This document shows positions 28,017 to 41,192 of a stretch of 64,000 nt of DNA, piece by piece (within the stretch, counting starts at the first letter, position 1; each line of letters opens with the position of its first letter). The notes below the pieces were generated by a model that was given only the letters and a program-made list of their open reading frames with translations, was not told where the DNA came from and ran no database searches. Both the position numbers and the translations under genes were made by a program. Source of the DNA: Eledone cirrhosa (Eukaryota); assembly GCA_964016885.1 (NCBI GenBank), contig CAXHJY010001027.1, positions 1 through 64,000 on the forward strand, given 5' to 3'.

Positions 28017-28655
28017 AAATATATAAAAACTATATTGAACTGCTACCAGTGTGTACATGATCTATATTGAACTGCTACCAGTGTGTACGTGATTTGTATT
28101 GAACTGCTATCAGTGTATTCTGATTTCTCATTGATCTATTGGCAATACTGTTTTGTCATTGACTTCAGTGGCGGCAGTAAAAGAATGGCTGACAATGTTT
28201 ACTGTTTTACAGCTGAGGTCATTGTTACCTTTGTTCACTATATTATATATACACACACACACACATATATATATATACACACACACACACATATATATAT
28301 ATATACACACACATATCTCTCTCTATATATATATATATATACACACATATCTCTATATATATATATATTCACACACATATCTCTCTCTATATATATATAT
28401 TCACACACATATCTCTCTCTATATATATATATACACACATATCTCTCTATATATATACACACACACATATCTCTATATATATATATACACACACACATAT
28501 CTATATATATGTATATATATATATACACACATATCTCTCTCTATATATATATACACACATATCTCTATATATATATATACACACACACACATATCTATAT
28601 ATATATATATATACACACACATATCTATATATATATATATATACACACACATATC

Positions 28656-28686
<31 letters not shown>

Positions 28687-29365
28687 CTATATATATATAT
28701 ATATATACACACACACATATCTCTATATATATATATATACACACATATCTATATATATATATATGTATATACACACACACATATCTATATATATATACAC
28801 ACACATATATATATATACACACACACATTATTTCATTGCACTCACTCACATCTAACCCTCCACCCAGTCCTTTCTCTAAATAAATATATATTTATTTATA
28901 AATATATATATATGTTAATACATATATTGTGTGTCTCTTTCTCTCTCTTTCACCCTCTCTCTCTCTCTCTTTCACCCTCTCTCTCTCTCTTTCACCCTCT
29001 CTCTCTCTCTTTCACCATCTCTCTCTCTCCTTATCTCTCTTTCACCCTCTCTCTCTCTCACCCTCTCTCTCTCTCCTTATCTCTTTTACCCTCTCTCTCC
29101 TTATCTCTCTTTCAACCTCTCTCCTTATCTCAACACCTTTCTCTGACCCACCCCCACCCCCCACTTATCTCTCTATCTCCCATTTTTTATTTATTCTTAA
29201 CTTGCCATAATCTGTATCAAACAGCCTTTTACTTATCTATATTAAACAGAGAATCATTGATGTAAATATATATATTTCTCTGTGTGTGTATATATATATA
29301 TATATTTCTGTGTGTGTATGTGTGTATATATATATATAGTTATAGGAATAACTATATATATATAT

Positions 29366-29709
29366 GGAGGCACATGGCTTAGTAGTTAGAGCATTGGCCT
29401 TGCAATCGAAAGGTTGTGAGTTCAATTCTCAGACTGGGTGATGTGTTGTTTCCTTGAGCAAGACACTTTATTTCACATTGCTCCAGTTTACTCAGCTGTA
29501 GAAATGAGATGATAGGAACTGGGGTCCCTATCATTCCACTGCAAAGTGGTCGTGGAGGTGCCACGGCAAAAAAGCACCCAGCACTCACTGTAAATGAGGT
29601 TGGTGTTAGGAGGGGCATCCAGCTGTAGAAATCAAGCCAGAATCAGTTCCCGTCGCACCCTTGCAAGCAGGGAAAAAGCGGACGTAAAATGAAATGAATG
29701 ATGAAAATG
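29366..29709 (+). mobile_element. Full-length SINE family A with apparent 19-bp flanking duplication
   Basis: atatagttataggaataac occurs at 29334-29352 and 29710-29728. Confidence 0.9.
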
Positions 29710-29710
29710 A

Positions 29711-29890
29711 TATAGTTATAGGAATAACCAAAGAGTGCTTAGAAATACATTGTTTTATTAGCTAGCAGTGTTTCATCCATACACCATGGCAGGAATCATC
29801 AGAGCCTATAAACAAGAGTATATCAGTAGTTGCATGCTCCATCGAGCTGCGCACCTGAACAAGGTTAAAGGACCAGCAGGGGGTCCCGAG
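29711..29890 (-). mobile_element. HHR-bearing Penelope-like element, family H2 (left arm of an inverted pair)
   Basis: Reverse complement of 30218-30388 and 60070-60248. CTGATGA...GAAAC at 29760-29806; cleavage triplet mutated to GCT. Confidence 0.7.
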
Positions 29891-30217
29891 GATAACGCTA
29901 TATGGAAAAAGACATAATACATGATGCACATAATGTCATAAAATGTCTTAAAAATTTAAAAATTACACCAAAAATGTATCACTTAAATGGTGCAATAGAT
30001 GATAAAGAGGTTGGGAGAGAGTAGCAAGGGATGAGTGAGGGTATTACTCAGCATGATCAGAAACAATAAGAAAATAATTTTAAAAATATAATAAAAAAAG
30101 TACAAAAATACAGGGATAAGGAAAGAGATAAATATAAAAATACAAAACAATAAAGAAACAAAAAGCCCGGAACCCCCCCCCCTCCCCCCAAAAAATATAA
30201 GACAAAGCAAAGCATAG

Positions 30218-30388
30218 ATGCTGGTCCTTTAACCTTGTTCTGGTGACGCAGCTCGATGGAGCATGTAACTACTGATATATTCATGTTTATAGGCTCTGAT
30301 GATTCCTGCCATGGTGTATGGATGAAACACTGTTAGCTAATAAAACAATGTATTTCTAAGCACTCTTTGGTTATTCCTATAACTATAA
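30218..30388 (+). mobile_element. HHR-bearing Penelope-like element, family H2 (right arm)
   Basis: GGCT-CTGATGA-tTCC...GGAt-GAA-AC(act)GT-T-AGCT at 30292-30338, then AATAAA and a TA-rich end. Confidence 0.7.
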
Positions 30389-30510
30389 TGGCTCTGTAGT
30401 ATTCTATTTATCCTACATTGAGCTAAAACCACACTGTCATACCAAGGACAATATATCTGCATGTCTGGGCATATTGATATATTTGTTAACGAAACTATAT
30501 ATATGTATAA

Positions 30511-30550
<40 letters not shown>

Positions 30551-30569
30551 GTGTATATATATATATATA

Positions 30570-30616
<47 letters not shown>

Positions 30617-30625
30617 ATATATATA

Positions 30626-30666
<41 letters not shown>

Positions 30667-31317
30667 ATATATATATATGTGTGTATATATATATGTGTGT
30701 GTATATATAGATAGTGTTTGTTTCATTTCCTCTCTCTATCTTATTCTCTTCTTTCTTTACACCTTATTTTCACTTCCCACTTCCCCCTCTACCCTTCCTC
30801 TCCCTTCTCCATCTCCTCTCCTCCCTCTCCCGCAACTGCCTCTCTCTCCTACCTCTCCCTCTTTCCTTTAACCCCCTCCCTTCTACCCTTCCTTTCACTC
30901 CTTCCGACTTTTCGTTAACAGAATCATAACTTAATCAAATATTAAGATTAATTAAATATCGCCACTGAACATAGGGACCCTGTGTATGTGTGTGTGTGTG
31001 TGTTTGTGTGTGTGTTTGTATGTGGGTGTAGGTGTGTTTGTTTGTGTGTGTGTATGTATGTGTGTGTAGGTGTTTGTGTGTATGTATGTGTATGTAGGTG
31101 TTTGTGTGTATGTATGTGTGTGTAGGTGTTTGTGTGTATGTATGTGTGTGTAGGTGTTTGTGTGTATGTATGTGTGTGTAGGTGTTTGTGTGTAGGTGTA
31201 GGTATGTAATATATGTATGTGTGTAACATTCATTTTATATTTATATATATATATATAATGTTACATACCTACATACATGACTATATATATATATGTATAT
31301 ATATATACAATAGACAG

Positions 31318-31681
31318 GCTTTAAGCCTGCGATGGACTGGTGTCCTGTCCTGGGGGAGAAGTCTTGTACTCTCAGTCACTCTACACCATGGAACCAGGAT
31401 AAGCACCAGCCTGACTAGGTTCTTAGCTTGTGACAGACTTTAGACCTGCAATGGACTGGCATCTTGTCCAGGGGGAAGTCTTACACTCTCGGCCGCTTCG
31501 CACCACAAACCTGGATAAGCACCGGTGTGATGAGCCTCCGGGCTTGAGACAAACTTTAACCCTGTGATGGATTGGCCCCTTGTCCAAGAGCGAGTCTTGA
31601 ACTCTCAGTTACTTCGCACGACAAAACTAGGATAACCACCCGGCGTGGTGATCCTCCTGGCTTTGACACACTTTAGACTTA
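31318..31681 (+). repeat. Three diverged tandem copies (about 120 bp) of a SINE 3' half with a V-domain-like motif
   Basis: cctgcgatggactgg..cctgtcc.gggg ... ggataagcacc ... acagacttt occurs three times. Confidence 0.7.
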
Positions 31682-32334
31682 GTCTTGGAGTTTTGACTGA
31701 GAAGGACGGCATTCATTGGTCAAACCATTCCAATATTATGGTAGACTAGAAGACATTTCCCAAGATGGCATTGAGTGGAGATTGAATCTAAAATAAAAAT
31801 AAAATAAAAACCTTGTGATTATGAAACCACCCCAACTCCTTTAACTAACCCCACAGACATTCCTATGATAGTTCAATATTTTCCTGTAATGGGAGCGGGA
31901 GGGGAAGTTGTCCCCCCGCCCCTCTCTCTACTTTAACCATCTAAAACCCAGTAGATCACAAAGCTACCAAACAATTGAAATAAATAATGTGTTTGTTCTC
32001 GAAATTAATTTACACGTTCTTTCAAAATTTATTCTAATTTGATTGATTATAACATTTCACTAAAGAAAACCAAAAAAAAAAATCATTTTTTTATTATTTT
32101 AATTTTTTATTATTTATCTTATTTTTATTTTATTTATTTTTTTATTTTTTGCTGATTTTTGTTGTATTTTTCGTTTTGAATTGTTTTCGGGGTTTTTTTT
32201 ATTACCCCCTCCCCCTCTCTCCTCTCATTGTCTTCTTTTAACTGATTGTTAGCTTTCTTATGTAAGGGGAAGGTGGGTGGTATGGCTGGGTGGAAGGGGT
32301 GGATGATAGGTGGTGGTGGTAGAGAGACAGAGAG

Positions 32335-32655
32335 AGAGAGGAACAGATATATAGAGAGAGGGGACAGTGACAAAGATAGGGACAGGGATAGAGAGAGAGA
32401 GGGGGCAGTGACAAAGATAGGGACAGGGATAGAGAGAGAAAGGGGACAGTGACAAAGAGCTACAGGGATAGAGAGAGAAAGCGGACAGGGATAGAGAGAG
32501 AGAGGGGACAGTGACAAAGAGAGGGACAGGGATAGAGAGAGAGAGGGGACAGTGACAAAGAGAGGGACAGGGATAGAGAGAGGGGGGGGGGCAGTGACAA
32601 AGAGAGGGACAGGGATAGAGAGAGAGAGAGGGCAGTGACAAAGATAGGGACAGGA
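32335..32655. repeat. GA-rich minisatellite (about 38-42 bp units)
   Basis: ggggacagtgacaaagagagggacagggatagagagaga units. Confidence 0.9.
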
Positions 32656-33355
32656 AGAGAGAGAGAGAGAGAGAGAAGGATAGAAATAAAATAAAATATT
32701 AATATCATTATGAAAGAAAACATTATTATTATTATAGTTATTACATTTTTGTTATCTTTGTTTATTTATTATTATTATTGTTGTTGTTACTATTGTTGTT
32801 GTTGTTGTTACAAAAGAAATATTCTACTGGCAAACAAATCAATTTATTGTATATTGTATATATTTGATAGATCTTAATATCTCTCTCTCTCTCTGTGTGT
32901 GTATATATGTGTATATATATATGTGTATATATATATAAGTGTGTGTCTCTCTCTCTGTCAGTATGTGTATATATATATGTGTATATATATGTGTGTATGT
33001 GTGTATATATATATGTGTGTGTGTGTCTCTCTCTCAGTCAGTATGTATGTATGTATCTCTCTTTCAATCAATATGTATGTATGTGTGTGTGTGTGCCTCT
33101 CTCTCTCGGTCAGAATGTATGTATGTGCCTCTCCCTCAGTCCGGCAGTGGTGGCAGTGGTGGTGGTGGGGATGAGGAGAAAGCTGGGGTGGGGTGGCAAG
33201 AATATGAAATCGTAACCATTTATTTTGTTTTCCAGAAAATAAAAGTCGTTTATCATAGAGGGTATGGCTAACGTTGGTGGTGGTGGTGGTGGTGGTGGTG
33301 GTGTTGTTATTGGTGGTGGTGGTGGTGGTGGTGGTGGTGGTGGTGTTGGTGGTGG

Positions 33356-33386
<31 letters not shown>

Positions 33387-33654
33387 GGTGGGTGTAGCTC
33401 CTCCTAGAGCTCAGCTTTCTCTACTTATGTGTAGCTTCCATATCTATACCCTTGAGAAAGCTTGCTACATACAAGCCGACACTGCTGGGTATCGTGGTCA
33501 TGATTACACCTTCCTAGCCAGAAACAGTCCTATATGAGCAAGACACAGTCACGTGACCCAACTTGCCTCAAATGGTGCAACCCGTCTAACCCGGAAAGAG
33601 GACATCAAACGATGATGATGATATATATATATATATATATATGTTCAAATCTCA

Positions 33655-33713
33655 GCTGTCTGATGAAGTCATAGCTGTTGCATAATAGTTATCACCGAAA
33701 TATATATAACAGC
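33655..33713 (+). ncRNA. Intact-looking type I hammerhead ribozyme
   Basis: GCTGT-CTGATGA-aGTcATAGCTGTT(gcat)AATAGTTATcACc-GAA-ATATATAT-A-ACAGC. Perfect 5-bp stem I, long stem II, palindromic stem III; AATAAA follows. Confidence 0.8.
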
Positions 33714-33789
33714 GACTATGAATAAATAAAGTTAATTTTAACCTGTTGACTTACACTTCTTGTTTATATCTATATTTGCTTTGCTTTGG

Positions 33790-34085
33790 CCCCACTCGGT
33801 CATCCGAGGCTCAAGCCTGGGCTGTTTGTTTTGTGGAAGACCAGTAGTTGCCCATGCATACCAGTCTCCCCTCTCCACGCCACTGATGCTGTCCAAGGGA
33901 AAGACAATGACCAATACAGATTGGCACTAGTGACGTCACAACTCATTTCTACAGCTGAGTAAACTGGAGCAACGTGAAATAAAGTCTCTTGCTCAAGGAC
34001 ACAACGCATCACCCTGTCCGAGAATCGAACTCACAACCTTTCAATTGCAAGCCCAATGTTCTAACTACTAAGCCATGTGCCTTCA
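33790..34085 (-). mobile_element. tRNA-derived SINE with the family A head and core but a different 3' body
   Basis: Head and core match 18440-18577; the body diverges after the core. Confidence 0.8.
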
Positions 34086-34145
34086 CTATATATATATATA
34101 TAATATATAAGGGAACAAAGAATCGGTGTTACATCATATTTAATT

Positions 34146-34237
34146 ACATATTACATATGTTTCACTGCCGATCAGCTCAAGGAACGATCGAGTAATGTTT
34201 GATCCTGACTCTGAAATTGGAAGCTCTTTAGATATGT
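34146..34237 (-). ncRNA. Hammerhead fold with one core substitution
   Basis: ACATAT-CTAAAGA-long stem II-GAA-ACATATGT-A-ATATGT. 6-bp stem I, palindromic stem III, GUA site; CTAAAGA instead of CTGAAGA. Confidence 0.6.
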
Positions 34238-34253
34238 GTTCACCTCTGATACC

Positions 34254-34322
<69 letters not shown>

Positions 34323-34558
34323 CCTAATGAATTCTCAAGTGTTGGGTTTTGCTATTTATGTATGTGAACTTAAGCTGTGTTGTGATAAGTTCAGGGGTGT
34401 ATAGAAAACTTTCATGTCATCGATACACGGAGAATTTATTAACTGGGAATCCACCTGTCAATGTTTGAGAAACTGATGGAGAAATAGATGAAATTTAAAT
34501 CTACTAGATCAAATATGAGCAAAGTTGCATAACAAAGTTATCACACAGCATTCACAAC

Positions 34559-34573
34559 ACTAGCGCCATCTAT
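34559..34573 (-). promoter_or_regulatory. CTCF-like site
   Basis: Minus strand ATAGATGGCGCTAGT matches the TAGATGGCGCTA CTCF core, in unique sequence. Confidence 0.4.
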
Positions 34574-35139
34574 CTATCTATCTACCTTTTCGCTATTGAG
34601 AATATGTATTATAGTAATCATAGAAAAGCAGCGACTGGAATAATCATTATGTATATCTACTATCAGATTTATCAAATATTTCTTCGTATGGAACTACCGC
34701 TGTTGTCTAGGGATCCGTAATCTTGTGCTATTAACTGTTCAAAAGAAAATAATTTACTGAAGTCAACCTTGGTAAGCAGTCGCTGAAACTTCAAAGACTT
34801 CTGTGATTCTTTGAAGCTTTTTTTTTCTTCATCCATCTTCTATCAGCATCATCTTATCATCCTTGATTGGGACAATTCCGATCGTTTATCTTCTTTTCTT
34901 CTGCAACATGTTGAAATTACACACAAACATATATATATATATATATATGTATGTATATGTGTATATATCGTCATCGTTTAACGTCCACTTTCCACGTTAG
35001 CATGGGTTAGATTCGTTGTCCCATTTGAGGCAAGTTGGGTCATGTGACCGAATCCTGCTCTTACAGAACTGTTTCTGGCTAGATTTCTACAGCTGGATGC
35101 CCTTCCTAATGCCAACTGTATATATATATATATATACAT

Positions 35140-35270
35140 GTCTAGGGTGAGTAAAATTCCCGAGATCCATGGACGAGTTCTCTCCAGTGGTCTCTGTCCC
35201 TCATTATCGCTGCCATTTCCTGCGTCTCCAAGAGACCAGTGTCTGTCCTTAGGGCATCAACATATGTTAA
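35140..35270 (-). mobile_element. LINE (RTE-like) 3'-end fragment
   Basis: Encodes LTYVDALRTDTGL...MRDRDHWRELV; same family as 46362-46535. Confidence 0.8.
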
Positions 35271-35347
35271 CCACAGTTGTATGCATTCGGATTTGTCAAA
35301 ACGGCCGGAGCCCAGCCGTCGGGGTCCTGACTCTTTGCCTATATATA

Positions 35348-35418
<71 letters not shown>

Positions 35419-36040
35419 ATATATATGTGTGTGTGTGTGTGTGTGTAACAAAGACAACCAATTGTCTTAACTTTAACAAGTCTGTATCCATCCAAAACTA
35501 TCCACGAACTCAAGCAGTCATAACCCTTGATCCTAGATTCAGCTTCATTTACAAGACACTGTAAACATGGTTGGTGTTAGGGAGGGCATCCAGCTGTAAA
35601 GAAGACCCAGCCAATATACAGTTCCGTTTGAGCAAGGTACAGCTCAGCCACCTTGCCAACCGAGTTTGTCTTATAACATAATGACCCGTCAAACTCATGC
35701 AAGCAGGGCCGGATTTAATGGTGGGTTATCGTCGCAGGTCCCCTGCAGTGGGGTCTCCACCAGTGACGGCCACACCAATTTATTTGTGCCCTCAGCTGGG
35801 CTTTTTTACTTTTAGGATGGTTAGAATTTTTGAATTTAATACCTGTATGTGTAACTTTATAGAATTTAATGGGTGTATTTTATCATGACACCAGCACTAC
35901 CTTTTACAGAGTGTACTGGGTGTATTTTATCATGACACCAGCACTACAACTTTACAGAGTGTACTGAGTGTATTATATCATGGCACCAGCACTACAACTT
36001 TACAGGGTGTACTGGGTGTATTTTATCATGACACCAGCAC

Positions 36041-36428
36041 TACTTCTTCTTTTCTTCTTCTTTTCTTCTTCTTTTTCTTCTTTTCTTCTTCTTTTTCTTC
36101 TTTTTCTTCTTTTTCTTCTTCTTCTTCTTCTTTTTCTTCGTCTTTTTCTTCTTTTTCTTCTTCTTTTTCTTCTTTTTCTTCTTTTTCTTCTTCTTTTTCT
36201 TCTTTTTCTTCCTTTTCTTCTTTTTCTTCTTCTTTTTCTTCTTTTTCTTCTTTTTCTTTTTCTTTTTCTTCTTTTTCTTTTTCTTTTTCTTCTTTTTCTT
36301 CCTTTTCTTCTTTTTCTTCTTCTTTTTCTTCTTTTTCTTCTTCTTTTTCTTCTTTTTCTTCCTTTTCTTCTTTTTCTTCTTCTTTTTCTTCTTTTTCTTC
36401 TTTTTCTTTTTCTTTTTCTTCTCCTTTA
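36041..36428. repeat. About 390-bp near-pure polypyrimidine (CTT/CTTTTT) tract
   Basis: Direct inspection; source of the poly-Lys ORF. Confidence 0.95.
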
Positions 36429-36433
36429 TTAAG

Positions 36434-36489
36434 GAACAGCCAGCATAAATTTCTGTGGAACTGTAGGAGGTGTTGGTCACGGTTGGAAT
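36434..36489 (+). other. Candidate plus-strand exon (G)TASINFCGTVGGVGHGWN
   Basis: AG after the long pyrimidine tract, AAT|gtgagt donor, open frame. A phase-compatible 33-nt candidate lies at 40662-40694 (MNIFTTNLLQL). No recognised homology. Confidence 0.25.
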
Positions 36490-36511
36490 GTGAGTGTGCG
36501 TGTCGGTGTTG

Positions 36512-36539
<28 letters not shown>

Positions 36540-36543
<4 letters not shown>

Positions 36544-37372
36544 CAGTGTGTATATTGGTGGGTGTGTAACAGTGTGTATATGTGGGAGTGTATATTGGTG
36601 AGTGAGTGTCAATGTGTGAGTCGGTGTATCAGTGTATGTGTGTATGTGTATGTATGTATGTATATCAGTGTATGTATGTGTATCAGTGTATCAGTGTATG
36701 TGTGTATCTGTATGTATGTATATCAGTGTATGTATGTGTATGTGTATCAGTGTATGTATGTGTATCAGTGTATGTGTGTATGTGTATGTATGTATGTATA
36801 TCAGTGTATGTATGTGTATCAGTGTATCAGTGTATGTGTGTATCTGTATGTATGTATATCAGTGTATGTATGTGTATCAGTGTATGTATGTGTATCAGTG
36901 TATGTGTGTATGTGTATGTATGTATGTATATCAGTGTATGTATGTGTATCAGTGTATCAGTGTATGTGTGTATCTGTATGTATGTATATCAGTGTATGTA
37001 TGTGTATGTGTATCAGTGTATGTATGTGTATCAGTGTATGTGTGTATGTGTATGTATGTATGTATATCAGTGTATGTATGTGTATCAGTGTATGTGTGTA
37101 TCTGTATGTATGTATATCAGTGTATGTATGTGTATGTGTATCAGTGTATGTATGTGTATCAGTGTATGTATGTGTATCAGTGTATGTGTGTATGTGTATG
37201 TATGTATGTATATCAGTGTATGTATGTGTATCAGTGTATCAGTGTATGTGTGTATCTGTATGTATGTGTATCAGTGTATGTGTATGTATGTGTATCAGTG
37301 TATGTGTGTATCTGTATGTATATCAGTATATGTGTATGTGTATCAGTGTGTGTATATGTACATGTATGTGTG
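36540..37372. repeat. gtatcagtgtatgt-based compound minisatellite
   Basis: Direct inspection. Confidence 0.9.
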
Positions 37373-38003
37373 TATGTTATAGAAGTCTCTCAAGTGTCAT
37401 GTCATGCTGGAATATAAAACATGTCCCCACATCCAATATAGATGGGAATTAAACCATTTCCTTAACTAAAGAAAGAAGACAACCTTTTCAAGAATTCCAA
37501 GTTTTTTAATTTTAATTTTATTTTTATTTATTTTATTTATTTATATTTTGTTTTGTTGTTGTTTTTTTAATTTTTTTTAATTTTTTACATTACTACAAGC
37601 AAGCAAATGTTGAGGTCTGCTACCCACCTACTTACCCACCTTTCCATCAACCTATCTATCTGCCTGCCCACCAATCTACCTACCTACCCGCCTACCTATC
37701 TATCTACCCATCTCTCTACCCACCAATCTACCTACCTCTACCTACCTACCTACCCACCTACCTATCTCTCTACCCACCAATCTACCTACCTCTACCCACC
37801 TACCTATCTATCTACCCACCTATCTCTCTACCCACCCATCTACCTACCTCTACCTACCTACCTACCTACCCACCTACCTATCTCTCTATCTACCTCTACC
37901 TACCTACCTACCCACCTTCCTACCTACTACCCACCCAAGCCTGACTTAGTCACCCTCATGATATTTTGATAGTCAAAATCTTCAATATGACCTTTTCGAT
38001 ATG

Positions 38004-38035
<32 letters not shown>

Positions 38036-38046
38036 TACACACACAT

Positions 38047-38102
<56 letters not shown>

Positions 38103-38855
38103 GTATATATGTGTTGCACATGTATATAAAAGAACTAAAGAATATATGATCATCATCATCGTTTAACATCTATCTACCACCTAGCATGGCTGTTTCTATG
38201 TATGTGTGTGTGTATATATATATTTGATGATGATGATGTATATGTAGATGTGAGGGTGTGTGTGTGTGTGTATATATATATTTGATGATGATGATGTATA
38301 TGTAGATGTGAGGGTGTCTGTGTGTGTGTGCGTGTGTGTGTGTATATATATATATTTGATGATGATGATGTATATGTAGATGTGAGGGTGTCTGTGTGTG
38401 TGTGCGTGTGTGTGTGTGTATATATATATTTGATGATGATGATGTATATGTAGATGTGTGAGCGTCTGTGTGGGCATGTGTATATATATATATATATATA
38501 TATATTTGCTGATGTATATTTAGATGTGTGGGCATGTGTATATATATATATCTATATATGGGGGGGGTACTAAACATAATTCAATGATATATTGACAAAT
38601 AGTTGACAATGGGTAGTGGAGAGGTGGGTAGTGGGTTGGAGGGAGGGGGTGACTGGGGAGAGAGGGGTAGTTGGAGGGGGTGGACGAGGAGGAGGGAGGG
38701 GTGACTGGCGAGAGAGAGTGTTGGAATAATAAAATCAATAGGTGGTAAAAATCAATAGCTAACATTGATAGATCAATATAACTATCTTCTCATTGTAGAG
38801 TTCCGTCATATGTATTTAGTAACTGGATGATTGAATTACTTTCTTTGCACATATA

Positions 38856-40608
38856 CACCACCACCACCACCATCAACACCAACACTGCCTCCACCACCAC
38901 CATACCACCACCACCATCAACACCATACCACCACCACCATCAACACCATACCACCACCATCAACACCAACACTGCCTCCACCACCACCATACCACCACCA
39001 CCATCAACACCATACCACCACCACCATCAACACCATACCACCACCACCATCAACACCATACCACCACCATCAACACCAACACTGCCTCCACCACCACCAT
39101 ACCACCAGCACCATCAACACCATACCACCACCATCAACACCAACACTGCGACCATCAACACCATACCACCAGCACCATCAACACCATACCACCAGCACCA
39201 TCAACACCATACCACCACCATCAACACCATACCACCACCATCAACACCATACCACCACCATCAACACCATACCACCACCATCAACACCATACCACCACCA
39301 TCAACACCAACACTGCCACCTCCACCATCAACACCATACCACCACCATCAACACCATACCACCACCATCAACACCAACACTGCCTCCACCACCACCATAC
39401 CACCACCACCATCAACACCATACCACCACCATCAACACCAACACTGCCACCTCCACCATCAACACCATACCACCACCATCAACACCAACACTGCCACCTC
39501 CACCATCAACACCATACCACCACCATCAACACCAACACTGCCACCTCCACCATCAACACCATACCACCACCATCAACACCATACCACCACCATCAACACC
39601 AACACTGCCTCCACCACCACCATACCACCACCACCATCAACACCATACCACCACCATCAACACCAACACTGCCACCTCCACCATCAACACCATACCACCA
39701 CCATCAACACCAACACTGCCACCTCCACCATCAACACCATACCACCACCATCAACACCAACACTGCCACCTCCACCATCAACACCAACACTGCCACCTCC
39801 ACCATCAACACCATACCACCACCACCATCAACACCATACCACCACCATCAACACCAACACTGCCACCTCCACCATCAACACCATACCACCACCATCAACA
39901 CCAACACTGCCACCTCCACCATCAACACCATACCACCACCATCAACACCAACACTGCCACCTCCACCATCAACACCATACCACCACCATCAACACCATAC
40001 CACCACCATCAACACCAACACTGCCTCCACCACCACCATACCACCACCACCATCAACACCATACCACCACCATCAACACCAACACTGCCACCTCCACCAT
40101 CAACACCATACCACCACCATCAACACCAACACTGCCACCTCCACCATCAACACCATACCACCACCATCAACACCAACACTGCCACCTCCACCATCAACAC
40201 CAACACTGCCACCTCCACCATCAACACCATACCACCACCATCAACACCATACCACCACCATCAACACCAACACTGCCACCTCCACCATCAGCACCATACC
40301 ACCACCATCAACACCATACCACCACCATCAACACCAACACTGCCACCTCCACCATCAACACCATACCACCACCATCAACACCATACCACCACCATCAACA
40401 CCAACACTGCCACCTCCACCATCAGCACCATACCACCACCATCAACACCATACCAATACCATCAACACCAACACTGCCGCCACCACCACCACCATCAATA
40501 CCATACCATCACCATCAACACCAACACTGCTACCATCACCATCAACACCATACCACACCACCACCACACCACCACCCCACCATACCACCACCACACCACC
40601 ATACCACC
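38856..40608. repeat. 1.75-kb CAC/CAA-rich minisatellite built from 20- and 23-bp modules
   Basis: Modules caccaccatcaacaccatac and caacaccaacactgccacctcca. Stop-free in more than one frame, which explains the two 600-aa ORFs. Confidence 0.9.
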
Positions 40609-40999
40609 AGACTTGACACACTAACAATGTTTCTTGTTAATTGAATTTATTAATTAACCAGATGAATATTTTTACTACTAATCTGCTTCAACTGGTGAGG
40701 GAGAGATTTCACTAAGAGACTAACAGCTTCACTACTGACCTGGTTAATACTCTACACTCTACATCTGGTGGACCCCTTAGCTGGTCATCTGTTAGCTTAT
40801 ATGTATGTGTATATATATGTATATGTATGTATGTGTGTGTATGTATATGTATGTGTGTGTGTATATATATGTGTGTGTATGTATATGTATGTGTATATAT
40901 ATGTATGTATGTGTATGTGTGTGTATGTATATATATATATGTGTGTGTATGTATATATATATGTGTGTGTGTATGTATATGTGTGTGTATGTGTGTATG

Positions 41000-41030
<31 letters not shown>

Positions 41031-41101
41031 ATGTATATATATATGTGTGTGTGTATGTATATATATATATGTGTGTGTGTATGTATATGTGTGTGTGTAT
41101 G

Positions 41102-41134
<33 letters not shown>

Positions 41135-41151
41135 ATGTATGTATGTATGTG

Positions 41152-41192
<41 letters not shown>

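Noticed and set aside
36040-36612. Poly-Lys ORF
   Set aside because: Translation of the (AAG/AAAAAG)n strand of a simple repeat.
38827-40644. 605-aa and 597-aa ORFs resembling mucin/extensin or His-rich proteins
   Set aside because: Both frames are open only because the C/A-rich minisatellite lacks stops. Module lengths of 20 and 23 bp break frame, so no consistent protein repeat exists.
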